From NCBI GenBank assembly GCA_051530055.1, contig CM121342.1, positions 15,515,480 to 15,579,479 on the forward strand: a stretch of DNA of 64,000 nt. The letters are read 5' to 3'. This stretch comes from Neoechinorhynchus agilis. Taxonomy: Eukaryota; Animalia; Acanthocephala. The position numbers and the translations under genes were made by a program. A model generated the notes under the pieces. The model had not been told where the DNA came from, did not search any database, and saw only the letters and a program-made list of their open reading frames with translations. This document shows, piece by piece, positions 24,950-35,548 of this stretch (its first letter is position 1; the number at the start of each line of letters is the position of its first letter).

Positions 24950-26347
24950 AGCCGGATAAATCGTGGGTTTGTACGAAAAAACCCGAGACGAATTGACTCA
25001 TGTGTTTAAATGATGGCGAAAAGTGTCTTAATCATTTCTAGAGGTGGAGTGTCTTCTAAAATGCGGTTCCCGTGAATCAGTTTGTTAGACGGTGCCCTTT
25101 GAAAATTACCAATGCCAACATTCCCAGCAGCTGATGTCGCCTCCGCCAATAATGCTTCGTTGGAAATGCCAGTGCCATCGCCGATGGATTCGTAGGTCCA
25201 AATGGATTAAAACAGCGCGAAATCTCCTATTAACGCGTCGCGAGCGTCTTTAATTCGTCCAATTTCGCAAAAGTAAATAATCCAATAATATCCGGCGCAT
25301 TATGAGATAAAGGATGCGCTCTCATTTTCACCACTCCATGAAATGAGCAATCCGAAGAACACTAGACGTTCCATTGTTTTTAATCAATCTTGATGCTCGA
25401 TTAAAGCGGAAGTAAAATTGCCTCCTAGATGTGAAACGCTGGATCTTCACAAAGTTTAAGTTTGAAAGTGGAAAAAGGCACACATAAATCATCGATCATT
25501 GGGATTTGAATAGCCATTAAGTCTTTTGTGCAGTTTTATTTAAAGGAGAAATGTACGCAATCGAAACTGAGAAATTTAAATCGATTAGTCCCGTAAGGTA
25601 GTCCATATCATATTCAGTATAGTAAATCTTACACAAAAAACTAACCTTTTCACAATGTCCAAAGCTCACAATATCATCTTTATATGAATTGTTTTTCTTG
25701 GTATTGCCAATAACCGAAAATCTGATTGCTCTGTTTTCAAGCAATGCATGTCAGTGATTGAATTTCCTTGTCTCATTAGTAAACCTCGAGTTTTAGGCAT
25801 GGTATAGACACTCATACCCACATCTTCGCATTCTCTACGCAACTTTCACTACTCATAGACTAGTTTCTAAGAACGAAAAAATGAGTATTTGTAAATCCAA
25901 AATTATTAAAGACTCGAAATGTTATCCTTGATTTAAATGAAAGAACATTTTTTCAGTACGCTGATCCAGTGTGCGTGGCTTGAAAAGCGCCAAAATCGAC
26001 GAGGATTATTGATTACTTTTTAATATCATCCTTCGAATCAATTTCAAATCTGTGCTGATTTTTCAATCTAGATGGGTGTTAAAAGAATTTGAGAAAATGT
26101 AAGACCAGAATCGTTATCGCTCGCCGCAGATTGCTACGATTCGACGACAAGTTGCCGAATACAAAAAACGGCAATTTTTTCGTACAATCTATGTCATTTT
26201 AGATGTTAAATAGAGGACTTCAGTGTGTTGTCCGAAGCCTAAATTTGGGTACGCATCCTTGTTCCCAGTACTGTCTGTGTGAGTTTAAGATTTCAAGGAT
26301 TTAGGACATGTACAGTCAAAGAAATTTCGCGGGTTCAAATAAACATA

Positions 26348-27102
26348 ATGGATTCATCAGTCAAGCAAGATGTTTTTAAACTCATCAATAAAGACTTTGT
26401 CAAACGCGAACCTTTGAATGCGTACTTAAAACTGGAATCCTCGGGTGTAACCGAGAAGGTGTGCCGACAAATGGTAGAAAGTGGACTCAACTCCCAGCTA
26501 TCGACAGTTGCGATCGATAAGGCGAACGAAAGTGTAATAGGAGTGCAAATTTCGTTTCTTGAAAGACCAGGAATGGAAGATGTTTTCAGTGGTGCAACAC
26601 AGAACAGCGCAATGGATCACGTCGCAGAAATCTTGGACAAATTAACAGGCGAAGTGGATCTGTACGAACATTTTGAAACCGATAAACTGCTTCATCTAAT
26701 GGTTGCCATTGTGAATGAAGAGTACGTTGGACAAAGAATAGGACAAAGGCTTGTTTCAAAATCTCTGGATGCAGCGGTAATGTGGAATTCATGTGATTGA
26801 CAGTAGAAAAATGGGGGAGGGGAAATGTAAGTAGTGCATTATAGGCAAGTTCCTCAATTTTGTAGAACAAAAAAAAACTAACTATACTTGGCAACATGAA
26901 TTTCGCTAAAGAGAAAGGAATAAAAGGAGCTTTTTCACAAACGACAAGTTCGAGATCAACAGCAATGCTTCAAAGACACGGATTCAAAATCTTTAGATCA
27001 ATAGAGTATTCAAAATATGTAAACAAAGAGGGTAAGAGGGTTTTCGAAGGTGCGGAAGGAAGCATTAACTTAATGGCGAAAAGACTTTGCGCTTTAAAAT
27101 AA
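26348..27102 (+). CDS. GNAT acetyltransferase, insect-type arylalkylamine N-acetyltransferase-like (one intron starting about 26777)
   Basis: FVKREPLN, VIGVQIS, LHLMVAIVNEEYVGQRIGQRLV (motif A) and AFSQTTSSRSTAMLQRHGFKIFRSIEY. Confidence 0.85.
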
Positions 27103-27484
27103 ATTAAGCCAACCAAGGACATATCTAAAAATGGCATGTGGCTTTAATGGATTATCCTTAAAAAACTGTCGAATATTGAACGGTCGAGACATTGATAAAA
27201 GTTAACAATTTAAGTAAACAGTATGCTCAAGAAAATTAAATTAGAACGGTCATTGGTAATTAAGCTGAAAAACGCGCTAGGGTTCAATTTTGCAACTGAA
27301 ATCAGAATGGTTGAGATGCTTTGGCACAAGAATTCTCACTGATTCACTTTATGGCATGATAACATTTTTGGTTTTTTTTACAGTGTTCAACACGGGCACT
27401 GATTTCTAATATAAAGCGATTGATGATAGGAAATGGCTTACAAAATCGATGAGTCAAGCAAGAACGAATAATTTCTTTTTGCAC

Positions 27485-28499
27485 TTAAGCGCTCCGTCCT
27501 TCTCGTTCATCGAATTCTCTTCCTGAAAGTGCATGTGCAGGTAGATAGTATCCATTAGGATGTCTAAGTCGAGAATGCGGACGAGTGTTGGTTGTGGTGC
27601 CAATCGATGTAAATCCTGAGTCATAAAGGCTGCAGTAAGCAATTTTCGTATTTCGGATAAACCGCCACACGTCGTCAAATGTCCATTCGATGATAGGACA
27701 AATTCTAATGAATCCTCCCCAACCGGGATCAGTAGACTGAAACGCCAATAGATTTTCACAATTAGGATCCGTTCGGCGAGATCCGGTTATACATCCCAGC
27801 ATTTGAAAATTGTTTCTCCGAATATTGTTTTTCGTGCACTTCAGAAACGGCCTAAACTCCCGTTAGGATAAAATCTCATTATATTTCTGAAGTACATCCT
27901 CCTAATGCTTCTTTAATGGTCTTAAAACCTTCGAGATAAACAAGTTCGATAGATTTCCTGTAGACGAATGAAGTATATTTGAGAAAATATTGAACTTCCG
28001 GGAAATGTGGATCTTTTGGATGGACAAAAACGTAGACCACAAATCTTTTCATTAGTAATTTTGGAGCTGTTTCAATAGAGTTTAAAATTAAACCAAGAAC
28101 GGCAGTACAGTCTTTTCCGCCATTAAAGAACAAACAACACCTAATCGGTTCCAACAGTTCGAAAGCTTCCCGAATGACATCGAGTGCAATTGACACTTTG
28201 TCACGGTGAGTAGCAATAACGGACGGAAATTGGAGACGATCGCATCGAATGCTTACACGATTGACTAAAGATGGCCTCGTGTTGGTGCTGTCCATTGAAT
28301 CCAAATAAATACATTCTAAGAAAACAGGAATATTCGAGGATACGTGAACGGCCCCGTGGCTTTCACGGCTCATTTGAATGGAACGGAGATTGGCGGACCA
28401 GCGAACATATAAGTCGTTAAAAATTCTTTGTTTTTCTAGATTTATGATCTTCTCGCCGGTCAATATGATCGAAAGCGCTTCAATAGTTGCCGGATTCAA
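27485..28499 (-). CDS. FLAD1: FAD synthase (PAPS-reductase-like FMN adenylyltransferase domain); start codon uncertain
   Basis: FFNGGKDCTAVL, FPEVQYFL, GSRRTDP, TDPGWGGFIRICPIIEWTFDDVWRFIR, YCSLYDSGFTSIG and EREGR motifs across two ORFs. Confidence 0.9.
27831..27900 (-). other. Candidate non-canonical hairpin-bounded intron in FAD synthase (70 nt; exact ends uncertain by a few nt)
   Basis: Minus-strand TGTACTTCAGAAA (27896-27884) pairs with TTTCTGAAGTGCA (27847-27835), 13 bp with one G-U. Insert length 1 mod 3 restores frame. No phase-compatible GT-AG pair keeps KTIKEAL. Confidence 0.7.
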
Positions 28500-28626
28500 A
28501 CAACGAGTAACGATTTAAGCTAGTGTGAAATTGTAGTGCTCTAAGTTGGTCAAAATAACCAATGAATTTGCGTTTATTATAAGGCAGGGAGAGGGGTGGG
28601 AGAATCGAATTTGATTCTAAAACTAT

Positions 28627-28986
28627 CTAGTTAATAGCTTTTTTTTCAGACGTGAAGAAATGTTCAATAAGATAGAAATTATATAATACTAACCCCAAGC
28701 CAATACCAATCACCACTAGCACTATGTTTCCTGAAATCAGTAAATGTTGCTCATTTGTTTCGCGATTTAAGCGATCGGCAAGTCGCCCCATAAGCTTGGC
28801 ATATTTGGTCTTATCATGAAAATGAAGGTCATTGAGTACGAAAATAGAGACGTACTGAGAATCGTCATAAATGACACTCGAATCCACTTCCTTATGAACA
28901 ATTGCTGATAATTGAACGAGAAACCCATAAGATTCCTGATGGTCGCTATTGATAAACAAACGGAATTTAAGCCCATTTCGATCCAT
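28627..28986 (-). CDS. Hypothetical single-pass membrane protein, 5' end uncertain
   Basis: Open frame with protein-like composition and a C-terminal hydrophobic helix IVLVVIGIGLGLVLYNFYLI. No family recognised. Confidence 0.45.
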   Translation of the reverse strand: MDRNGLKFRLFINSDHQESYGFLVQLSAIVHKEVDSSVIYDDSQYVSIFVLNDLHFHDKTKYAKLMGRLADRLNRETNEQHLLISGNIVLVVIGIGLGLVLYNFYLIEHFFTSEKKAIN

Positions 28987-30143
28987 TTCGACCACGAAAT
29001 AAACGAGAACAAGAAAACGGAACGTCGATGAACTAAAGATTCTTTCGACGAGAAATAGTAGTTAAACATGAGATGAAAGTGAACTAACGAGGTTCAACGG
29101 TTAGCGTGTTGTTGAAAAACATAGAAATCGTATACATTTCGAAATATTTATATTTCGTACATCCTTTCCTCGGATTTTTTAGTTTTTCCTTTTTGGCACG
29201 AAGTAACACCAATGTCTTGCATCACAGAAGTGATTGAGTCACTTAGATTCTGCTGAATCAAAAGATACGTCTTGCCAGTGACATTTAAGAACTTTGAGAT
29301 ACAATTACGCCCAAATTCGAATGGAACAGCAAACTCACAAGGACGTTACGATTTTCGAATTATCAACATAAAACGTGCGTACTGCAGTCGGATTCCGTCA
29401 CAAAATCTGGAAGAATGCAATGGCGTTTGGTCTTATGATGACGTAATAATTAGATTTCAAACCAAATTTAGCAATTGGAGATGTGGTGATCATGGGTCGG
29501 AATCGCAAAATATTTCATGAGGATCTCGAATTGAAATAACTTGAATCGAAATTTTAAGCATGAACAATATAAGCGACCTTTTGTACATACTTTTTTATTT
29601 GTAAGCAAATTAAGGCCGATTGAACAAATAAAGGGCTTAAAAGATTATCCTGAGAGCAAGTACGAAAATCTTATTTTGGCCTGTAAGTATTTTCTAAAGC
29701 CATGTTTAAGTGTACCGCAGTGCACTTTATAAATTGTCCGATGAGAATGGGAAAACACATTTATCCTCGATTGCTTCCTTGCGGATCCATCTGAATCGCT
29801 GATTTTCTGAAGCAGAAAAAATAGTTGGATGCACACTTGTAGCGACAATTGATTTTCTTAAGTTTAAAAATTGTGTGGTGCTCGGTACGACGGCACCAAT
29901 TGTCTTAATGGCCTTTTTCGTCACTTCACCGGCTCCTGAAACTGCAAGAGGCAAGTTGATCTCCGGAATCGCATTCGGGGAGGTGAATTCCTAAAGCGAT
30001 AATTTCCCATGGAACTGTTTCCCTTCATCTCTTCTTAAATCGACGAACTCGAGGAGAAATGGAGTATTTACCATGCTTTGGCGAGAATCGCTTGATTAAA
30101 ATATGTACAATGATTTCGTTATGTCTTGGATTGGAAACGATAC

Positions 30144-30310
30144 TTTCTTTTGGTAATTATAAACGTCCGGATGTAAATTCCTAGATTTATTTCCCCTATA
30201 TTCCTTCGTATAATTCCGACATTATCAAGACTTATCATTGCTTTCAATTTTCTTTCAACTGTGAATGCGTTAGGAATTTACATCCGGGTGTGTATAACTA
30301 CCAAAAGAAA
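30144..30310. mobile_element. MITE-like element with about 40-bp terminal inverted repeats
   Basis: TTTCTTTTGGTAATTATAAACGTCCGGATGTAAATTCCTA (30144-30183) is complementary to TAGGAATTTACATCCGGGTGTGTATAACTACCAAAAGAAA (30271-30310) with few mismatches. Confidence 0.75.
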
Positions 30311-30433
30311 GAATGATTTCTTTGTTTTAAGAGTTTATTCATTCGAGAATAAAAATTTGAACTTGGCGTTCTTTGATTTACGTTTATGCAGAATTATTTT
30401 TTGTTCGTGATTCACGGTGCCTTTTGTTCTTAG

Positions 30434-31351
30434 ATGTTCCTCAGTGGGAAATATCTGGAGCGTTTTCGACAATGGCGTGAGCGTTCAGGAGAAGCTACAA
30501 ATGAGCAGATTGTTGCAACGTTCAATAAGACTTCATTTGACAGTTTGTTTAGTCGTACATGGAGTCTAAAATCTTTATTCGTTCGCGTGGCATCATTCTT
30601 CGATCCCGAAAGCTATATTTTAATGATCGAACAGGTATTGGTAGCTTCATGTATGATTGGTCGTCCTGCTTTGGCGCATCGGTGCTGGATATGGCTTCGA
30701 GATCGCGTTGGAGCCGAAAGTCGACGGCTTTTAAGGTTGTTCGCAATGTTGATTGAAACTGATGGGGATAACGAAGGTAGCCATCAAATATATCAGGACC
30801 TTGTATCAGTTCAAGAGACAGGTTTAAACGTTCTCGCATACAAGCAAATGGTATGTTGGTCAATATCCATGTCTCGGCCACAGGAAGCCGTTGATTTATT
30901 GAGACAATATCTCGAGGAACATAACGTAACCGATCACGAAGCTTGGTTGCAGCTTTGCCTTTTGGAATTTGATTTGGGTCACTTTCGAAAAGCGGTATAT
31001 TGCATGGAGGAATGTTTGCTCTACAGTCCACAAAACGCTCAACTCGTCAGAATGTATGGTGACCTCTTGTACAGCTGTGGAGAACCATTTGAAGCTCTCA
31101 AATATTACCTGCTCGCATGCCGTCTCGAAAGTGCAAAGGAACAAAAGGAAAATTCTGTGAGATGTTTCATGAGTGTAACTGTTTGTTGCCTAGATTTATC
31201 TCCACAAGAAAGTAAAAGAAGCAACCGAGCAATGGATCGCATCATTTCCGGTATTCTTGTATGGTCCGAAGGCGAAATCAAGAAACGACTTGAAAAAAAT
31301 GGTTCATGTTCAATATTGAAAATCTTCGAGAAAAAAAAGGTGGACTGGTAA
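30434..31351 (+). CDS. EMC2: ER membrane protein complex subunit 2 (TPR protein)
   Basis: RQWRE...EQIV, EQVLVAS...GR..LA, LRQYLEE...DHEAWLQL, KAVYCMEECLLYSPQN and YGDLLYSCG match recalled EMC2/TTC35 motifs. Confidence 0.85.
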   Translation: MFLSGKYLERFRQWRERSGEATNEQIVATFNKTSFDSLFSRTWSLKSLFVRVASFFDPESYILMIEQVLVASCMIGRPALAHRCWIWLRDRVGAESRRLLRLFAMLIETDGDNEGSHQIYQDLVSVQETGLNVLAYKQMVCWSISMSRPQEAVDLLRQYLEEHNVTDHEAWLQLCLLEFDLGHFRKAVYCMEECLLYSPQNAQLVRMYGDLLYSCGEPFEALKYYLLACRLESAKEQKENSVRCFMSVTVCCLDLSPQESKRSNRAMDRIISGILVWSEGEIKKRLEKNGSCSILKIFEKKKVDW

Positions 31352-31796
31352 GCGCAAATAAACATATTTCCCATTAATATTTAATGATTAAATTTTCTTA
31401 AAAAACAAAACTGTTTTCGTTGTGGTTTCCTTTTAAATTCGACTTGAGCTCAAAGTCGCCAAAAGATACCAAGGGTCTCATTTCCTTTTGTAGGCGCGTT
31501 TTTTAACAAATGCGATACAGTTCACAGTGCTTTATTACTCTTTTAAGCATTCTGTTCTGAGACATCTTAAGATTGATGAGCATTTTCGCTGTGCATATCT
31601 ATAAATATCGAGCATATACTAGGCGCCATTTAACAAAAGCACCAACTTGCCACTTTAACGTAACCGCTCTTTTCTTTAAGAAATTGATGTGTGAACATTG
31701 CGAAGCAGCAATACAATTAACACAATAAAATCCGGATGTTGTCTTTTGTTTTATACAATCGAACAAAGTGACCGTTTTTTAAGTGCTGTATAAAAA

Positions 31797-32034
31797 TGTC
31801 GATTTGTGAGGTACTGGTTTATGTAATTGGAATTATTGCTCAGAAGTCTTCACCCGCGGTAAATGATTATTTATTAAAGACGTTTCGAACCTCGTTGGGT
31901 TCGTTATCAGTTTGTTTGTTAGTATCGAAAGCGTCTGTTACTAACTAACAGACTGATGATGAGCCCGACGAGGTTCGAAACGTCTTTAATAAATAATCAT
32001 TTACCGCGGGTGAAGACTTCTGAACAATAATTCC
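31797..32034. mobile_element. Palindromic Penelope-like element, family A copy 2, with intact hammerhead motif at 31950-31987 (+)
   Basis: Inverted arms 31827-31920 and 31941-32036. AGA CUGAUGA U GAGCC cgacga GGUUC GAAAC GUC UUU AATAAA. Degenerate 12-bp flanking repeat AAGTGCTGTATA / AAGTACTATATA. Confidence 0.82.
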
Positions 32035-33070
32035 AAGTACTATATAGCTTGGTAGGCTATGCTGTCTCAAAACAACATTCTAAATCCCGATTTTTATCGA
32101 ATTTTCGATATGAATGTTGTTCTATAGTCAATATTCCGTCTCGATTAAAGTAAACAGACTCAGGGAAAAATGAGTTTTGTTCTTTGTTTTATAGTGTATA
32201 CGGTATATTCTTGCTTTTTTAAATACCAACGAACGGATGCAAGCTGTTTAAGCGCCGTTATTTGATCTGAAGACGAAAAATGCTCAAAATGACATCCAAA
32301 GAAGCATTTGATTGAAGAAGGATTTTGTAAAGTTAAATATTACATAATACTTGTAACATTTGATAAAACGTTTATAGCCCCGCTTTTGTGAGACCGATTT
32401 TCAAAAGTAATATTTCGTTGAAAAGGGCTAAGATTGGGCACTTAAAATAGGTGAAAAAAATTGTCAGCCGGTAATAAGTACATTCATTTCAGTACTTTAA
32501 TATTTAAAAACCTTTGTATTCTCGACGGATTCGGCGTTACCTTATGAGTTTATGGGAAGTCGACATTCGACAAATCACACTCAGTGTTCCTTCTCAGTAT
32601 GTGTTATTTTTTAAACTGAATACTACTATTTTCTCAAATTTTTACTTTCAGAAAATTATTAATACAGTAAAGATGTAGGAAATCTTAAAAATATTCGCAT
32701 ACCATTTCAATAATCAGACCAAGAGTATCCAAATGCGACAGTTACCGAGAGACGCCGAGGTAGTATTAACAATTTAACATGGTAGACAATTAAATAAAGT
32801 ACTCCTATAGTTAGTTTTTATCACCTAGATGTTCTACACGTTTTGTATACTGATTTTTGCGAATGCGTGTGATTCTTCAAATTTCAGGCCTGTCAAGACG
32901 AATAGAGTTATCTTACTGTAGAGAAAGTTTTGTAGAATTTACAATTTTATTCTAGCTCACTGCGAGGTTTCCTTTTTCTATAAACGAACAATTAATTTCA
33001 TAGAAAAATCGCTTAGTTTCAATGAGATTTCCGAACGTTTTCATTTCAAATTTCCCAGGCGATTCCTTTA

Positions 33071-33331
33071 ATGTTTCAATGCGCTTTTTCAGATATGAAT
33101 GAAGAACAGGATCGTGTCCTGGTTAGAAACCTCGTCCAGAAACTCATCCCTGGCCTTGAATCATATTCGTCAAATGACTCCGATGGCTCTGATGAAGATG
33201 ATAATGAACGATCTAAATCTCTTCTAAAAACGACGAAATTAAGCAAGAAACAATTGCTATCCTCAAAAGCGTTTCGATCACAAGTCCTCAAAGAACTCAA
33301 GAAACATTCACTATTTAAAAACTTCATATAA
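33071..33331 (+). CDS. Hypothetical small protein or last exon (acidic then basic tracts)
   Basis: 86-aa ORF with SDGSDEDD and KTTKLSKKQL...KELKKH segments, preceded by a tttcccag acceptor-like site. No family recognised. Confidence 0.45.
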   Translation: MFQCAFSDMNEEQDRVLVRNLVQKLIPGLESYSSNDSDGSDEDDNERSKSLLKTTKLSKKQLLSSKAFRSQVLKELKKHSLFKNFI

Positions 33332-34283
33332 GCTTAGATGTGCTGAATAAATATGCCTAAGTTACCTCTAACTTTTCCGTTTCTGATTTTCAACTTCTAT
33401 CGTCAACATCACCATGGTAATTATTCTATTTATTCTGAGAAATTTTGTAATTTTTTTTGTAACTGAAATTCGTTGAAGGAGCCTGTTTTCTTTGTTTTAT
33501 TGCGGCTATTCGATTCTTAGTCTTTTTCTCCGTCCAAGAACCGTATTAGATAATGTCTTGCTGCTAAAAAAACTTTACAAAGTTTAATGTTCTACTTTGA
33601 TTAAAAGAGCTGGCTATCAATTTTTAAAAGCGAAAAGGAAAATAGCCTTTATTGAAAGACGCGGTTGTGAAATTGATTTAAAAATTTTGAGAGTCAAATA
33701 TATATACTTTAAACTTGCGTAAGTATTATTTAACCTTCTACTACGAACTTTTTTGAGTTAATTTTACATTTGGTTTTTGCAAATTTGGTTCATTGTTTGT
33801 GGGTATCTAACAATGATTTTGGCAATACGGATGAGAATTTGAACTGTGGTGATGATAATCCTCCGATAAAAGATATCTTATTGTTATTCAGATTTGTTCA
33901 ACGAATGCGGTCGTTGATCTTGGAGTGGATTGGGGTTCGGTCGGGTTGAAATGTTTATTCAGATGGGAATGGGCGGTTATTGTGTGCAAGAGAACTTGGG
34001 TTTTCCCTTAGGTTCATTTTGGACAATGATATTCGAGAAAATTGGCCAGTATGAAAAAAGGAGCGGAGGGGTGTGAAGTTGTGGGGAGGATGAAAGCGTA
34101 TTTCAGCTTGTCGTAACCTGTAAGCTGAGCATATTTTATGGTCTCTCATAAAAAGGGACACTGCTGTTGATATTTTATATGAATCCCTTGTGTGCATAAG
34201 ACCCACTGCAAAGGAAACCAGTCTAATTTTGGTTTCCTGAGCACGCTTATTTCTCTAGTCGACCTCTCTCTCGTCGTCGTCGA

Positions 34284-34350
34284 CCGTCATCCACTCCGGA
34301 TCCATCATCCACTCCGGATCCGTCATCCACACGGGATCCGTCATCAACTC
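34284..34350. repeat. 18-bp minisatellite, about 3.7 copies
   Basis: CCGTCATCCACTCCGGAT units at 34284, 34302, 34320 and 34338. Confidence 0.85.
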
Positions 34351-35548
34351 TAAAGTGATCACGAGGACCCAGAGGTACATGGGCACTCTTTACATGTCGT
34401 TATTCTGATCATTGATGTGCGTCGCGTTGTGACCCCCTTAAGATCTGCCATAATGGCCCAAAATCCGGATTTTTGTGTACTTTTTAGGATGCAGTGAACT
34501 TGATAATTTGCACTTACTCAGTGGTGTTATTGGTAAGGCACTTTTATTTAAAAAGATACAGATCGCTGATGGAATGTTGCTCTGATGATGAGCGCAAATC
34601 GCATTAAGTGGCTGGGTATTTTTATTCCTTGGATTACCGATCATAAATAGGTTAGATCAGTTATGGAAATAAGCATCAATTATGTCTTCACTCAAAATAT
34701 GCTAAACGCAGTGGTGCTACTGTTAAAGATCCCTAATTGAGTTATATCAAATGAATCGCTGAAATTTGATGAGTTGCAATTCTAAAAAACATTATCCTTT
34801 CAAAATGTCGATATGTGAGATACCAAGGTATGTTGGCGATCCTTTCGCCTTAGAACTGATGATGAACACGACGAGGTTCAAAGTGTAATAAATAAAAAAA
34901 ATATTCACAAAAAATTTGCCACTGATAAGATTTAGCCGAATAAAGTTTCGTGGCAGATTATTAATAAAAAAATGTGAGGCGAATGGATACAATCCATAAA
35001 GAAAAATGCGATTTTTTTAAAACTCGTTCATAATAAATCACAACTTTTCTCAATATAGAAGAAAAATTGCCACGAGCAAGACATTTTTCCAAATTCGTAC
35101 AATGATGTAAAGCGAAACAAAACTCCGATTTGCTGAAATCCAGCAATTGCGTGTGATAAATTTTGTTCTAGTTTCACTAAATTATAGATTTAGACATTTT
35201 AGAGAAACCATGCACTTCGCAGATTCAACTTGTAAGAATGCGTTTTTAAACAAATCACTCTCAAACTTTATAAAAAATGTAATTGTGTTCAGCGTTTTCT
35301 GTTGGGAGATATTTAAGGTATGTCATTTTTCATATTTTGAGCGATTCATATTAAAATATAATGCTGAGAATCCCGTTTTTCTCTCTAAAAAAGCGAATTA
35401 ATGGACTCGTTTTAGTGATCACCAAGCGTGTTTAATTTTAAAAAGTGTTTTAATCTATTTCCATTCACTTTAATTCCATCCCTTCTCATAAACGAAACAT
35501 GGATCAGTTACTTTTGTTACAATTTACAAGATCGACATTTGGAATATA

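Noticed and set aside
28627-28995. ATP6AP2 (renin receptor) assignment for the small membrane protein
   Set aside because: Only vague similarity around the TM helix, and the conserved cytoplasmic DPGxDSIIYRM motif is absent.
30549-31031. 160-aa antisense ORF over EMC2, and similar antisense ORFs over HEATR1, GH31, piwi and the CRE RT (57847-58563)
   Set aside because: Shadow frames of real coding sequence with no recognisable motifs.
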